A DNA stretch of 64,000 nt from Octopus bimaculoides (lineage: Eukaryota): NCBI RefSeq assembly GCF_001194135.2, contig NC_068991.1:67179729-67243728 (forward strand). The letters are read 5' to 3'. This document shows, piece after piece, positions 13,601 through 27,300 of the stretch (position 1 is the first letter of the stretch; each line of letters starts with the position of its first letter). The notes beneath the pieces are model-generated. The model was not told the origin of the DNA, searched no databases, and worked only from the letters and a program-made list of their open reading frames with translations. The translations under genes and the position numbers were made by a program.

Positions 13601-15879
13601 CTGGAAAGTGAACAGTGTATGAGTCAGACACATGCTTGCGTGTGTTTGGAGGGGAGAAAAGCAGGTGTAGTGTTGGCGAATGTCAGGAAGCATTGGAAGT
13701 TTTGAAGGATGCAGTGCTCCGACAACTAACAACTGATGCCAGCAGTTTGTTCCATGCTTCAGCATCTCCTAGCGTGGAAAAATGTTTCCGAAAGTCATGG
13801 GAGCTGTGCTGTTTTCTGACTTTGTAAACATGTCTACAAATGGTCTTTCACTTCATAAACACTGAACAGTAACTGTTATCAAAAAGAATGCAGTTTCATA
13901 CATAAACTTGACCACTATACACACCATTTTAGAAAACTGTATTGTACACCCCTCAAAACAACTTACTGCTCTAAACTAAACACCAAATCATACATACACT
14001 CCACCATCAACAGAATCAAAGGTCCTTCCTGAGCCATAGACTCATATGACTAGTCTCATGGATTCTGTGGTGTATCTGTGACACTCACAAAACTGTACAC
14101 TTTAACAAACTAAACTTTCAAACTACTGTTTGATGTAGAGTTCATTATATTATTTTTGTTAACTTTCAGATTAGAAGAAGAAAATAACAAATTATTAACA
14201 AAACTGGAAAAATCCTTTGAAGATCTCAAGTCCAAGGTGAGCTATAGATACGTGTATTCTATATTATTGTTAACTACATAGTAGGGTTGTTTTATAGAAA
14301 ATCAGAAATCCAAACTGAGCTATACAGACACACTATAAATGAGGGTGCTGAAAAGTTCCTGGCTTTAAGGGAATTACAAAAGGCCTGGTTGGAAGCCCAA
14401 CCTTCTAAGTTCTTTTGCGAGGCTTGTACCAAGATGTGAAACCATTATTATTATGTGTAAATTTACAGAACATTTCAAACCATGCAAACAAGAAATCATA
14501 AACAAAACTAACAAAAATAAATAAATGATATAAATAACAAACATATTTGTCTTTTGTGTAAATGTCTAATTTACCATTTTTGTTTTATTTCTCAGGAACT
14601 GTTGGCAGCCGATGTCAAGAGGTAAGGTGATATTAACACATTTTCTTCGATTCTTTTACTGGTTTCAGTCATTGGACTGCAGCCCATTATGGGGCTTGAG
14701 TCTCAGGTGTTTTAATCAACCATCTCAACCCCAGTACTCATTTTTGCTAAATTTTGGTATTTATTTCACCAAACTGCTAAAATATGGGATATAAACATGG
14801 ACACACAAGAACACACATATATACATACATACATACATGTATGCGTGTGTGTATATATCATCATTATCATCAATTAACGTTCATTTTCTATGCTGGCATG
14901 GGTTGGACGGTTTTACCGGAGCTGGCTAGCCAGAAGACTGCACCAGGTTTCATTGACCGTTTTGGCATGGATTTTACACCTGGATGCCATGGCCGTTACC
15001 AGTACCGCCTGACTGGCCTTCATGTGGGTGACACGTAAAAGCACCCACTACACTCTCTGAGTGGTTGGTGTTAGGAAGGGCATCCAGCTGTAGAAACTCT
15101 GCCAAATCAGATTGGAGCCTGGTGTAGCCATCTGGTTTCGCCAGTCCTCAGTCATATCGTCCAACCCATGCTAGCATGGAAAGCGGATGTTAAACGATGA
15201 TGATGATGCCCTTCCTAACATCCAGTTCCATTGACTTGAGTTTCGATCTAATTCCAGGATTAGAGATTTAGAGGAGCAATTATATGAAGCTTTTAGCAAG
15301 ATGAAGAAAATGGAGAAAAATGAAATGGTGAGTGTTTTGTATTTTTTTAAAAATAAATATTTCAGCACCCAGTACACTCTCTGGAGTGGTTGGCATTAGG
15401 AAGGGCATCTAGCTTTAGAAACCAAACCAAAACAGACTATGGAGCCTGGCATAAGCCCTGGCCTTGCCAGTTGCCGTCAAGCCATCCAACCCATGCCAGC
15501 ATGGAAAATGGACATTAAATGTTATGACAATGACACCTTTCATCCTTATTTCACTCAGATGGACCTTCCCATGTTAAAAAAAAAATCTTTTATTTTTATA
15601 AATATTATAAAGAATTATTCAAAAATAAATCATTAAAATATTTTGTGTACTGTACAAGTATAAACCAATTTATTGCAGATAAATTTTAACAACAAAATCT
15701 TAGACGGACCATCAAGGGTCATATAGACCTTGGTTTAGAACCACTGCTTTAAACACAGGTGGAAAACTTAATTATAGGTAATGGCATTGCTGTTTGATTA
15801 AGGAGTTGGCTTCCTAATCATGAGATTTGGGGTTTAGCCCCACTGTGTGACACCTTAGGCAAGTATCTTCTACTATAAA

Positions 15880-15917
<38 letters not shown>

Positions 15918-18900
15918 AAGAGAGAGAGAGAGAGAGAGAGTATATTTGTGTCTCCTTGCTATGGTATCAAGTTAATAAATGTCATTCATTTCCAGTATTC
16001 TATGAGAACATGCCTGGCAAAGGAGAAATATTAACCTACTTGGGAATAAGAGTTGGCCACAAGAAGAGCATCCAGCTGTAAAAAAAAACTTACCTCAATA
16101 AACGTCATCTAACCCACACAAGCACGGAAAAAATGGATGCTAAAATGATGATGATGGTGATTCAGTATACAGATGTAAATTTTTAGAGTTGTACATAGGT
16201 GCTGGCATGGCTGTGTGGTAAGAAGTTTGCTTCCCAACCCTATGGTTCCGGGTTCAGTCCCACTGTATGGCATCTTGGGCTAGTGTCTTCTTCTATAGCC
16301 CCAGGCTAATCAAAACTTTGTGAGCAAATTTGGTGGACAGAAACTGAAAGAAGCCCAGTGTGTATGTGCATGCGCGCGCGTGTGTGTGTGTGTGTGTGCA
16401 AACACATGTTTCTGTATGTTTACGTTTGTGCTTCTCTGAAAATCCCTGGGTAAGGTACATTGTCACTTCCTCCTTCAACAAACAGTCCGCTCCTTTTGTG
16501 CTTTCAAAGAAGTGTGGAATAAAAGATCTCTTAACTAGCTGTATCTGGTCTAAATATTCTTCCTGTCTTATGTTCAAACTGGTCGAATCCAGCCTCTCAC
16601 ACCTATCCTGCAATGTCATCTAAAAATAAAGGGTCACATTATCGAAATTTCACGGCTACAAGATTACACATAATTAATTCTAAATAATGTGAATAAATAA
16701 GCATTACATTTGACTGAATTATCTGAATGCTGATGGGTTAAATTAAAAAAAAAAACAGGTAAAAGTTAGCAACAGAAAGAACATCTGGCTGTAAAACAAT
16801 GTTTTGATAAATTATTAATCTAATTGATGATACCATGGAAAAATGGATGTAAAAAAAAAAAAAAAAAAAAAAAGAGATAATCTTGTTTAAACAATCTTTT
16901 AATCTTTTGTACTTCAATATGAATTTTGACAGGATTACTTGGGAAGTATATCATCCAATGTTGATTCTGTTCTACACGCTCTGAAACTACAGAACGCTTC
17001 CTATCCAGACAATTTCAAGGTTTGTTAACTTATAGGACATTTTCTGTTGTTATGAGTGAGTGTTGGTGGTTTCTTTTGTTGTTGGTTGCCAGAGCAGCTG
17101 TCTGGCTTCCGTGCCAGTGGCACGTAAATAGTACCATTTGAGCATGATCATTGCCAGTGGCATGTGAAAAAACATTCAAGCGAGGTCATTGCCAAGTGCC
17201 GCTGGACTGGCTCCTGTGCAGGTGGCATGTAAAAAACACCATTTTGAGCGTGGCCATTGTCAGTACCGCCTGACTGGCCCTTGTGCCGGTGACATGTAAA
17301 AGCAGCCACTACATTCTCAGAGTGGTTGGTGTTAGGAAGGGCATCCAGCTGTAGAAACTTTTCCAGATCAGATTGGAGCCTGGTGCAGCCATCCTGTTCA
17401 CCAGTCCTCAGTCAAATCGTCCAACACCTGCTAGCATGGAAAGCGGACGTTAAACGATGATGATGATGATGATGATGATGATTGAGAAAATTAAGGTGAT
17501 GAGCTGGCAGAATTGTTAGCATGCTGGACAAAAATATTTCCGAGGCCCTAATGGCAGTGCTTGATTTGAATGAGTTGCTTTTTCTAATAGATCGAGTCAC
17601 CTTGTATACACTTCTTAGCCCATTGTAGGGTTGTAAAATATGGTATTAACTACAGTTTAGAATGGACATAATAAAATCCATCTGTTTTTTTCTGGTTCTC
17701 TTATCTGTGGTAAAGATGTAAAAGTGAAAAATGTTGTAGTTGGTGTCTTCTACAAACAACACTATTGTTTATTATCTTTGGTACCATAATCTTATAGTTA
17801 TGTTTACTCTCTGTACTCCACCTTTGCCAGGCTGAACCATCAGTGTCATTAGCACAACAGTTTGATGATCCAAATTTGTGGGTGGCTGAAATAAAAGTAA
17901 GTTTGTCTTTCTCATTGATAATTGTTTACTGTTAGCGCAAAATGCAATTGTTTCTCTCTTGTTTATTCAGTTGGTTGTGTGGAGGCGCAATGGCCCAGTG
18001 GTTAGGGCAGCGGACTTGCGGTCATAGGATCGCGGTTTCGATTCCCAGACCGGGCATTGTGAGTGTTTATTGAGCGAAAACACCTAAAGCTCCACGAGGC
18101 TCCGGCAGGGGATGGTGGCGAACCCTGCTGTACTCTTTCGCCNNNNNNNNNNTCAAAGGGTCAGCCTTGTCACACTGTGTCACGCTGAATATCCCCGAGA
18201 ACTACGCTAAGGGTACACGTGTCTGTGGAGTGCTAAGCCACTTGCACGTTAATTTCATGAGCAGGCTGTTCGGTTGATCGGATCAACTGGAACCCTCGGC
18301 GTCGTAAGCTACAGAGTGCCAGCAACAATTCAGTTGGTTTTAAATGTTTGCCATTAATCATAGATCACTAAAAAAAAAAAAGATTAATAATTCTGTTGTC
18401 TTATATACAAGTGAGATGTGGTTTTCAGATCTGTCTCCAAAGAAGAACTGACTTGGACAATGTGCAAGAATGACAGAATATGAAAAGAGCCCCAGAGTAA
18501 AAACAATATAGGAAACAGATCATGTTTGCAAGAGACAAGATTGAGCTGGTATAGTCATGTGCGGGTGTATGGCGAATGACAATGCATGGTGATCCAAGTG
18601 AAAGAGGAAAACTGATGAAGAGTTGGAGAGAATTTATGAAATCTGATTTCAAGGGGGCAAGGTCTATCAATAGAGCTGTCAAAAGATCACAATGGGGGAC
18701 ACAAGATGCTGGGCTTGAGAAGAGCCATCCAGTCTTTAAATGCATTGAAAAATAGATGTGAAATGAAGATGATTTATGGAAGATATGATATATAGATAGT
18801 TGATTTGATGTATAAACATTTGGCTGAGAGAACATAAGTTTGTAACTGTTGGAACTTGGTGAAACACAACAATATTGTAATAATTGTCTTTGGTTGTAAG

Positions 18901-20905
18901 AATTACAGCTTTCTCAAGGGCTTACAACCTGAAAATTGTATTAGAGCAATGCTAGGGATACTTTCTTAAGAAATGTGATTAATTTTTAAAATTATATAAA
19001 AGTTATCTATTTAAAATATTCACTTGAAACATTGCTGCAGAATAATATTGAAGCTGTAATCTCATTCAACACAAATCACATATGTGCCAGAATTCATCCA
19101 CACACACAATAGAAATTCATGATATGTATATACACAGAATCTATAACTGACCTATCTGTTTTTATCATTCATTTCTGTATGAAGAACAAGCTATGCTGGC
19201 TTCAGTGTGAAATACAACTTCACAATAGTCAACAGAAGAGAGAACCATTAAAACCAACTGCCCAAAACATGACAGATAAATCCGTTAAGGAGCCAGGCAC
19301 CAACAAATCTTCAGAAACATCAACAACTGGGGCAGGTTTGTATCAAATATTTACTTTACTTCTATAAAAGCTTGCTGCCTCTGTGAGTGTGTGAATGTTT
19401 GTTGTGTGTCACTAATTAATACTTAAAATGTTTGTTATTTCTGTTTATCTATTGACAGGAATGAATTTTGAAGGGAAGAAATCTGGAACACCTTTGAAGG
19501 TGAGATAATGAAGGAAGAGGTGTAAGTAGTGGACCAAAGAAATATGAATATGAGTATTTTATGATTCCACTTAGCCAATTTCAGGGAAAGGGGTAAGTCA
19601 ATCACATAGACCCTAGTGCCCAATTTGTACTTATTTTATCGGCCCTGAAAAGATGAAAGGTAAAGTCACCCTCGGCGGAATTTGAACTCAGAACGTAAAG
19701 ACACAAAATGCTGCTAAGCATTTAATCCGATGTGCTATGATTCTGCTAGTCCACCGCCTTGGATTACGGGTGTATTATTGTCCGGTGTTACTCATAGTGG
19801 CAAAAATACCTTTCCAATATTTCTTGCCATATAACACAGTAAAACTCTAGTTTAGTATATACTAATCAAGGGAGATAAATCTGATCAATATAACCTCCCT
19901 TCTTTGGAACCAACGATGATATGGAAAGGCGTCAGCGAATGTGTTAATGGACGTATGGATATTTATATCTTTTACGTTTTTCAATCATTGGACTACGGCA
20001 CCGATTTGAAAGATTTTAGTCAAACGAATAGATACCAGTAATATTTTTAAAGCCGAGTACTCATTCTATCCGCCTTATTTATTTCACTGCTAAGTTACAG
20101 GACCATAAACAAACCAACACCAGTTGTCAAGCAGTGGTGGTGGACGAATACAAAAACACACACATTTGCGACAGGCTTCTTTCAGTTTCTGTTTACCAAA
20201 TTCACTCACAAGGCTTTGGTTATCCCAGAGCTACAGTTGAAAACATTTGCCCAAAGTGCCTCACAGTGTGACTGAACCTGGTACCATGTGATTGAAAGTT
20301 TTGAAAGGATTTAGTAACTCTGGAGAACCTGGATATTGACACTAATACTTACTGAATTCTAAGCAAACCCTCTGCTACTTAAGCTAATTCCCAACTGGGT
20401 AGCTTAGAGAGCAGTGGTGGGCACAGCTAACCAAAAAGTTAGCTTTGCTAATCTGCTAACTAAAAACGTTAACTTCACAAACGCTATATATAAATTGGCG
20501 CAGAGTTTGATCAAGGTCTACTAAAAAAAAAACTAGTTTCTCATCTGCATCTCCATGCAAGCTGGAATGATTTCTGTGAGCATGTGGTTTGTACAGTTTT
20601 TCACTGGTAGGAAGGAGGCAGGACATTTGATCGCAGTATCTTATAACCATATTTTGTTTATAGAAACTACACAGATTGTAGTTTAATATTTGTTACTAGG
20701 CTGTTCTAAATTCATAGAAATATTACTTATAATTTATAGCCTTGTTATTAAACTTTTGAAAATAGTGACACGTTGGGGGTGAGAAATAACCAAGATGAGG
20801 GATGGAATGATGGTCGGAATTTGATAAGTTCAGAACTTAAGGTTTGTTTATTTATTATTTCATTAAAAGACTGCTGTTTTGGCTGGGCAGACTTAATCAT
20901 GAATG

Positions 20906-20948
<43 letters not shown>

Positions 20949-21362
20949 GAAGAAAAGCAACAAAAATTCAATAGGTTATAGTATGTATTTTTCGTACAAG
21001 CTCCATTTATTCATGTAGTGAGAACACTACATAAAATGTACAACTGTTGAACAGCAGCATAGTCAAGATGGTGTGTTTTCTTCTCTTACTCTTTTTTGCA
21101 CACATCTACAAAATGACTTTCTAAAATGAAATTCCATTATGCAGCTGAGGAGTACATTTTCATTGTACATTTTATGTAGTGTTCTCACTACATGAATAAA
21201 TGGAGCTTGTACGAAACGTACGTACTGCTATAACCTATTGAATTTTTGTTGCTTTTCTTCAAATTTTATTCACCAAATCTCTTGATTTTGTTTTTGGTTT
21301 TTACCCTACCAAATTCTGTTGCCTCAAACAGTTTAAGTACCACATTTAATCTTTTGATTAAA

Positions 21363-21398
<36 letters not shown>

Positions 21399-24300
21399 AT
21401 ATATTATGACATTTATTTCAATTAGCTATTATACATTTTATTACATTAATTAAGAAAATATGAAGTACGCCATAATAATTTAATCTTGTATAATTTTAAT
21501 TTATAAATACCTTGTAAGATACTCCTCCAGCTGTTTATAGCTGGCCAAGATCATCCTGCCCAGAGTGCAGTGGGACATCGACGTCTTGCTGGGGTTCAGC
21601 GTCTTGATCAGGCTGACCAAGGTGGAAGACTCCACTACATGCAGTGGTAGCATGTTGTTGACAAACAGGTCTACAATCCTTCTGTCCACTATAGACTGAC
21701 GGACGCCAGTGCCAGCAGGTTGGGTAAATGCCTTACCAATGCTAGGCTGGGGTGCTTTCTTTGCACATGGCTGCAATATCTGGCTACTGGCACTGCTCCT
21801 AGAAGATTGTGTTTCCCACGGGAAGAGCTGGCCTTGATCCTTTCCTCAAACTGGATGGCACGCATTGGGTGTTTCTTCTTGACATGCAACTTCAAGTTGT
21901 AGAGACTTGCTGCTTGTCCCTTAATGGTGGTCTCTTTGGGCTGGCACATGATGCACCGGAAGTACAGAATGTTGGTGTTCCTCTTATCCTTTGACATAAG
22001 GACAAACTAGTCCTCTATGCGGGAGCCATGGGTTCTGAGACTCTTGGCTCTCAACCTGAGTGACCTCTGCCTCACTCACAGCCATTGCAGACTCCTCAAC
22101 AGGCCCTTCATCCTCAGACTGAACAAAAACGTCTTCACCTTCCATAACAATAAGTGATGACTTGATAAGCCGATAACATACACTGCTGTCGCTGACATTG
22201 TAAGTCTGTCTATAATGTGACAATGTCGTAAGTGAATACAACTCAAAACTGCAGAATTACACAATGTTGCTCAGTTAGCTGCTGTTGCGTTGACCAATCA
22301 CGTTTTGTCACATATACGCGTAGTGAGCCAATAGCGTGCCTGATGGACTCTTCGAGAGACGCCAACAACAGACAAGAACAAATGTGTGAATTTTGTTAGT
22401 GGAACTAAATTTAGCAAAGGCTAATTTGTCTGTTAATGATTTCAAAAGTTAGCAAAAATGCTAATCCACTAAACAAAAAGTTAGCTTTGTTAATTAGCTG
22501 TTAGTGGATTAGTGGGACCATGCTCACCACTGCTACAGAGTATATATATATATATATATATATNNNNNNNNNNNNNNNNNNNNNNNNNNNNNNNNNNNNN
22601 NNNNNNNNNNNNNNNNNNNNNNNNNNNNNNNNNNNNNNNNNNNNNNNNNNNNNNNNNNNNNNNNNNNNNNNNNNNNNNNNNNNNNNNNNNNNNNNNNNNN
22701 NNNNNNNNNNNNNNNNNNNNNNNNNNNNNNNNNNNNNNNNNNNNNNNNNNNNNNNNNNNNNNNNNNNNNNNNNNNNNNNNNNNNNNNNNNNNNNNNNNNN
22801 NNNNNNNNNNNNNNNNNNNNNNNNNNNNNNNNNNNNNNNNNNNNNNNNNNNNNNNNNNNNNNNNNNNNNNNNNNNNNNNNNNNNNNNNNNNNNNNNACAG
22901 CCTCGGGCCGACCAAAGCCTTGTGAGTGGATTTGGTAGACGGAAACTGTAAAGAAGCCCGTTGTTTGTGTGTCTGTGTTTGTCCCCCCAACATCGCTTGA
23001 CAACCGATGATGGTGTGTTTACGTCCCTGTAACTTAGCGGTTTGGCAAAAGAGACTGATAGAATAAGTACTAGGCTTACAAAGAATAAATCCTGGGGTCA
23101 ATTTGCTCGACTAAAGGCGGTGCTCCAGCATGGCCGCAGTCAAATGACTGAAACGAGTAAAAGAGTAAAAGAGATACACATACACACACACACGACTGAG
23201 ATATATAAACTGAAAAGAAAATTTTAGTGATAATGTTATTCTATCATTGCACATGTATGTGTGTGCATATATACATATATATAGTTTATAGATGAGAGAC
23301 AGCTATTCTCCACATAGAATACATTTCATAGTGCTCAAGAGATTTAAGCTTGAGCAGGTAAAGGAGAAAATGTAAAGATAAACAAGTTAGGCAAGTCGAT
23401 ATACAAAAAATATTAAATACATTTTATATATATATATATATACTCAACAGTAGCCAACAGGATATACATATGTGTGTGTGTGTTCTTGTCTTGATATTGC
23501 ATAATAGTTGTAAACAAGCATCAACATACAAGAGATGTTGTCTGTTTCCATTTCTCCAATGAGTGTTGGCAACAAAGACATCTGGCCATTAAAAAAATCT
23601 GCCTTAAATTCTGTCTGACCCATACGGGCATGGAAAAATGGACGTTAAAGCAATGATAATTATTCCTATTTGCTGTAAATCCTCTTATTTCTGTCATAAA
23701 ACCAGAACTTTATGTGGTGGTAGTTTAAACAGGCAATACTTATTTAGTGTGGGGATGTGGTTCATGCTATGTATGTTCACACACACACATGAAATAAACA
23801 GGTTACATGTTTTTCTTACTCTTTACCATTAACATTGTCAGGAAAATATGACCCAAATATCTGACTGTGTAGTGAAAAGCCAGCAAACAAGCCCAGCAGC
23901 TGTTACATTTTCAGAAAAACCACTTTTAGAACAAAGACAACACGTCATTGATGAAATGGAAGACTTCAGGGTATCTAGAATTTTGTTTCTTATGCCTTAC
24001 ACAAATTTACAACTATAATCATTAGACTTGCTACAACTGATACTATATATCAGGTTTTTCTTTTGGAATGATGAGGGCCATCTAGTTGTCTTGGGTGAGG
24101 GCTGACTGATGCAGTGACTGTTTAAAGTTAACGAGGGCTGTGCACCATCAACTTTACTCTGTTGTCCATGATCATCTTCAATTCAGTGGAAAGACCAGGA
24201 CAAGGCAACTAGAGATGGAAATAGATGCAATGGATGACCACGATGTCTTATTGGCCTCATATTACTTACTCTCTGCTCTCCACAATGTGTTGTCACAGCC

Positions 24301-27300
24301 ACCTTCCTCTCTGTTCAACCATGAAATTTTCTTCTGTAGAGCCAATCAGATCCAGAGCATCTATATATTTATCTTGACAGATAAATATATGAGAGAGATC
24401 CTTGTGTGGTTCATAAAAGTCAGAAAATACCGTTTTAAACCAGGCATGAGGAGAAAAAAACTAATTTTAGTAAATTCTAATTTACTTACTTTCACACTTC
24501 AGTTGTATGATAAAATACAATCTGGCCTTCATTGATTTTCTTGGTCACATGGTAGGCCAGAGGCAACAGTGCTACATTAATTATTCAGTATATATTGTGT
24601 AATCATTGGTGTTACTACGGACTCAAATCAGGATCTAGAGCACTTACTGAACAATTTTCATGCTTGAACACCAGGAAAATGCTTGCGTCTTTAAAGGTGT
24701 TTTAGAAATAGACTGGGTAAGGAGTTACAGTTAAAATATTCATCTTGCTAAGATGATTGTTTAAAGATGTGTAAACATTCTAATATAATATAAAATAAAA
24801 TAAAATAAAGTCTCTGATGTGCTATGAGAAAAATATTTCAATGCTTATTTCTATTTCATTTCTTTATAGGAAATTGAGAGAGGTAAAATAGAAAAACGAT
24901 ATCTGAAGTAAGTACATTATAATTTTGGACTGATTATATATTTATAGAAAAAAAAATTCAAAGTTGAAAAATAGATTATTAAAATCAGGTTTGCAAAGAT
25001 TGTGGAGTTTCTAAATTAACATGTTGGAATGGGTTAAGGATCCTGGATAGTTAAAAGGGGAATAATTTCGCATTTTAACGAAAAGGACCTTTATTGGATT
25101 GTACTGTAAGATATTTCTCCAAGAAATATGTTATGATTATGTTAGGGACCTGAATTCATGTTAAATGTATGAGAATGTATACATGTCCATGTATCCGAGT
25201 GTGATCATTGCCAGAGCAGCTGTCTGGCTTCCGTGCCAGTGGCACGTAAATAGCACCATTTGAGTGTGATCATTACCAGTGTTGCCTTACTGGCATGTGA
25301 ACAAATATTCAAGCGAGGTCGTTGCCAGTGCCGCTGGACTGACTCCTGTGCAGGTGGCACATAAAATACACCATTTCGAGCGTGGCCGTTGCCGTTATCG
25401 CCTGACTGGCCTTTGTGCCGGTGGCACGTGAAAGCACCCACTACACTCTCGGAGGGGTTGGCATTAGGAAGGGCATCCAGCTGTAGAAACTCTGCCAGAT
25501 CAGACTGGAGCCTGGTGCAGCCATCTGGTTTCACCAGTCCTCAGTCCAACCCATGCTAGCATGGAAATCGGACATTAAATGATGATGATGTGTGCTGGAT
25601 ATAGGTTCAAATGTATGAGTGAGTGAGCATCAAAAGGTGAAATCAGCAAATCAGCATAAACTTGAAGAAACAGCTTTCTAAAAAATTCTTACTCTACTAG
25701 AGAAGGCCAGTGTACTCACAGCCTAATCTTGTCAGTGGAGCAGATGGAGGCATCAGTGGAAGAATCTACTGATATTGTTGGGTTTGTTTGTTCAGGTGGT
25801 GAGGGTTGATGCCAAGACTCAAAGTGAACCTCTTTTAGGCAGTCGATGCTGAACAAGTCTTCTTTGAAGATGAACAACAACAAGAAGAATAAGACGAATA
25901 GGAAGAACAAGAAAAGGTTGCTTACTGGTTGCTTTGATGTCACTTGTACAAGATGTTTGGTGGAAAACTGAAATCAGAGACCCCCAGCGAGACATCTGGT
26001 AGAAGATTGCCAGTCCAAAATAAAGTGTGGACGTTGTTTATGCAGAGACGAGAACTGTGCCTCTAGACCAGGGGTTTTCAAAGTTTTTGACTTGCGGACC
26101 CTTTTATATTTCAGGCTTTACCTTAGGGACCCCCCTTATAAACGCTTATGAAATTTATACATAAATATTTTCTTAAAATAACATATATTTTTACATTTAT
26201 TTATTTAACAGTATTTAACAAATAGGTTTATTGTCAATTAAAAAACACTTCCTAAGTCGATGCAAATGTTCCAAGAGTCCAAAAGGTTCCTGTGTGTGAA
26301 GGAAGCTTGCTTCCCAGCTACATGGTTTCAGGTTCAGTCCCACTGCGTGGCACCTTGGGCAAGTGTCTTTTGCTATAACCCCGGGCCGACTAAAGCTTTG
26401 TAATTGAATTTGGTAGGCAGAAGTTACTGCCATGTGTGTACATGTGTAAGTGCTTGTGCCACCTAACATATAAAGTGTGGCACAACACTGAACCTACTTT
26501 CCATTGTAACCAGTTACAATGGCAGTGGCACAATAGAGGTTTATATTGAGATGACCAAAAACAAACTGCACTTCAGGTTTTTATTATATAAACTTAACTT
26601 CTAGAAGTTCTAACAAGAACTAAGGGTCTTTCACTCCCTGTAGCTTACATGCTAGTTAACTCAAAGCTGGGGCCTTGACATGTGCTACTGTTCTGGGTGA
26701 GAGTAGACCTGAGAACAATAGTGGCTAAGAGGTGGTTCCATGCTCCTAAAAATCCTGGAGATAAGCACATATGTACATAATATAAACATACATGAGAAAA
26801 AACACCCAGAAATACAAGACAATATCTTGTAAGACTTTTCTTTCTATTTTGTGTTGTTAAGCTTTATATCTAATGATTTAAAAGTCAATATCAGCCAACT
26901 TTACTATAGCATACAGTGACATTTTTCTTGTGATGATGATGATGATATTGATGAATGTCAGCCTTTCTTTTCACAGAATCTTCACTAAAATCTTAGGCAT
27001 CACCATATATTACTCAACATTATTACAAAAGCAATGAGCAAAAGCCAAACTTTTAATATTGTCATTTTTTTTTGTGGTAGAAACTTAGTTCAAAAAGAAA
27101 ATAAGAGTTTGCAGTAATAAAGCAATAGTGTGTCTCTCTCATACATGCTGTTATATTTGGGAAGTTACACAACTCTCTGGTTCAATAAAAAGTATTTGTG
27201 TAACCATGAGAGATATTTTGTGGTACAACAGCACTAAGTTTAAATTTGTTTTCCTTCAAAGGTTACAAGAAACCATGAGATCCCTGCAACAGGAATTAGA

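Noticed and set aside
24140-24535. 131-aa plus-strand ORF in a CEP128 intron
   Set aside because: No motif, no coiled-coil character, and no phase-compatible splice sites needed by the gene model.
24882-24888. Alternative donor AGAG|GTAAAA within exon 24870-24907
   Set aside because: It would shift the frame relative to the next exon; the GTAAGT donor at 24908 preserves it.
25985-26030. Second possible Penelope-type hammerhead (CTGGTAGAAG..CAGTCCAAAA)
   Set aside because: The core does not match CUGAnGA/GAAA and stems I and II cannot be drawn convincingly.
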